Shown here: one piece after another, positions 63,510 to 64,000 of the stretch
Layout of the letters: each line of letters starts with the position of its first letter
Position numbering within the stretch: the stretch's first letter is position 1
NCBI RefSeq assembly: GCF_006345805.1
Contig: NC_043007.1
Location: forward strand, 12,338,001 to 12,402,000
Direction of reading: 5' to 3'
Length of the DNA: 64,000 nucleotides
Source of the DNA: Octopus sinensis
Taxonomy: Eukaryota
Position numbers and translations under genes: made by a program
The notes under the pieces: generated by a model
Told to the model about the DNA's origin: nothing
Seen by the model: the letters and a program-made list of their open reading frames with translations, nothing else
The model's database searches: none

Positions 63510-63840
63510 CATCATCATCATCATCATCATCATTGCCGTCATCGTTTAACGTCTGCTTTCCATGCTGGCATGGGTTGGACGGTTTGACTGCTCGATTAGC
63601 AAGCCAGGAGGCTGTTCTGGCAAGATTTCTACAGCTGGATGCCCTTCCTAATGCCAACCACTCCGAGAGTGTAGTGGGTGCCTTTTACGTGCCACTGGCA
63701 TAGGTGCCAGTCAGGCGGCATTGGCATCAGTCATACCCAAATGATGCTTTTTATGTGCCACCAGCACGGGTGCCACTCAGGTGGCACTAACATCAGCCAC
63801 ACTCAAATGGTGATTTTTACATGCCACCAGTACAGGAGTT
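63510..63840 (-). mobile_element. Family C element
   Basis: (CAT)n, TTTAACGTCTGCTTTCCATGCTGGCATGGGTTGG and GGATGCCCTTCCTAATGCCAACC motifs. Confidence 0.8.
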
Positions 63841-64000
63841 CCAATTATTTACATCCCTGTAACTTAGCAGTTCAGTAAAAGTGACTGACGGAATAAGTAC
63901 CAGGATTAAAAAATAAGCAGTGGTGTCAATTTATTCGACTAAAACTTCAAGGCAGTGCCCCAGCATGGCCACAGTCCAATGACTGAAACAAGTAAAAAAT

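Overview
Eukaryotic, AT-rich, repeat-saturated DNA, most likely intronic or intergenic and from a coleoid cephalopod (Octopus-like; inferred from the SINE families, not verified). No intact, identifiable host gene was found, and nearly all ORFs in the track are translated microsatellites or SINEs. The only recognisable protein-coding remnants are retrotransposon pieces: a CR1-clade RT C-terminus (25.6-26.3 kb, minus, two frameshifts), an RTE-clade APE endonuclease (58.5-59.0 kb) and two RTE ORF2 3' ends. The window is a mosaic of about five SINE-like families (my working labels A-F; several copies have clean TSDs), Tc1/mariner- and hAT-type MITEs, a non-autonomous Helitron, and mini/microsatellites. 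The most notable signal is a set of seven type I hammerhead-ribozyme-like motifs in short Penelope-like repeats embedded in (TA)n tracts. One has a fully canonical core (60374-60439); the others carry recurrent core variants (CCGACGA, CUGUAGA+A). A second signal is SINE family E, which forms head-less tandem arrays joined at a fixed GGTATTT junction and often inserts at GGTA targets. Boundaries are approximate unless TSDs or TIRs are quoted.
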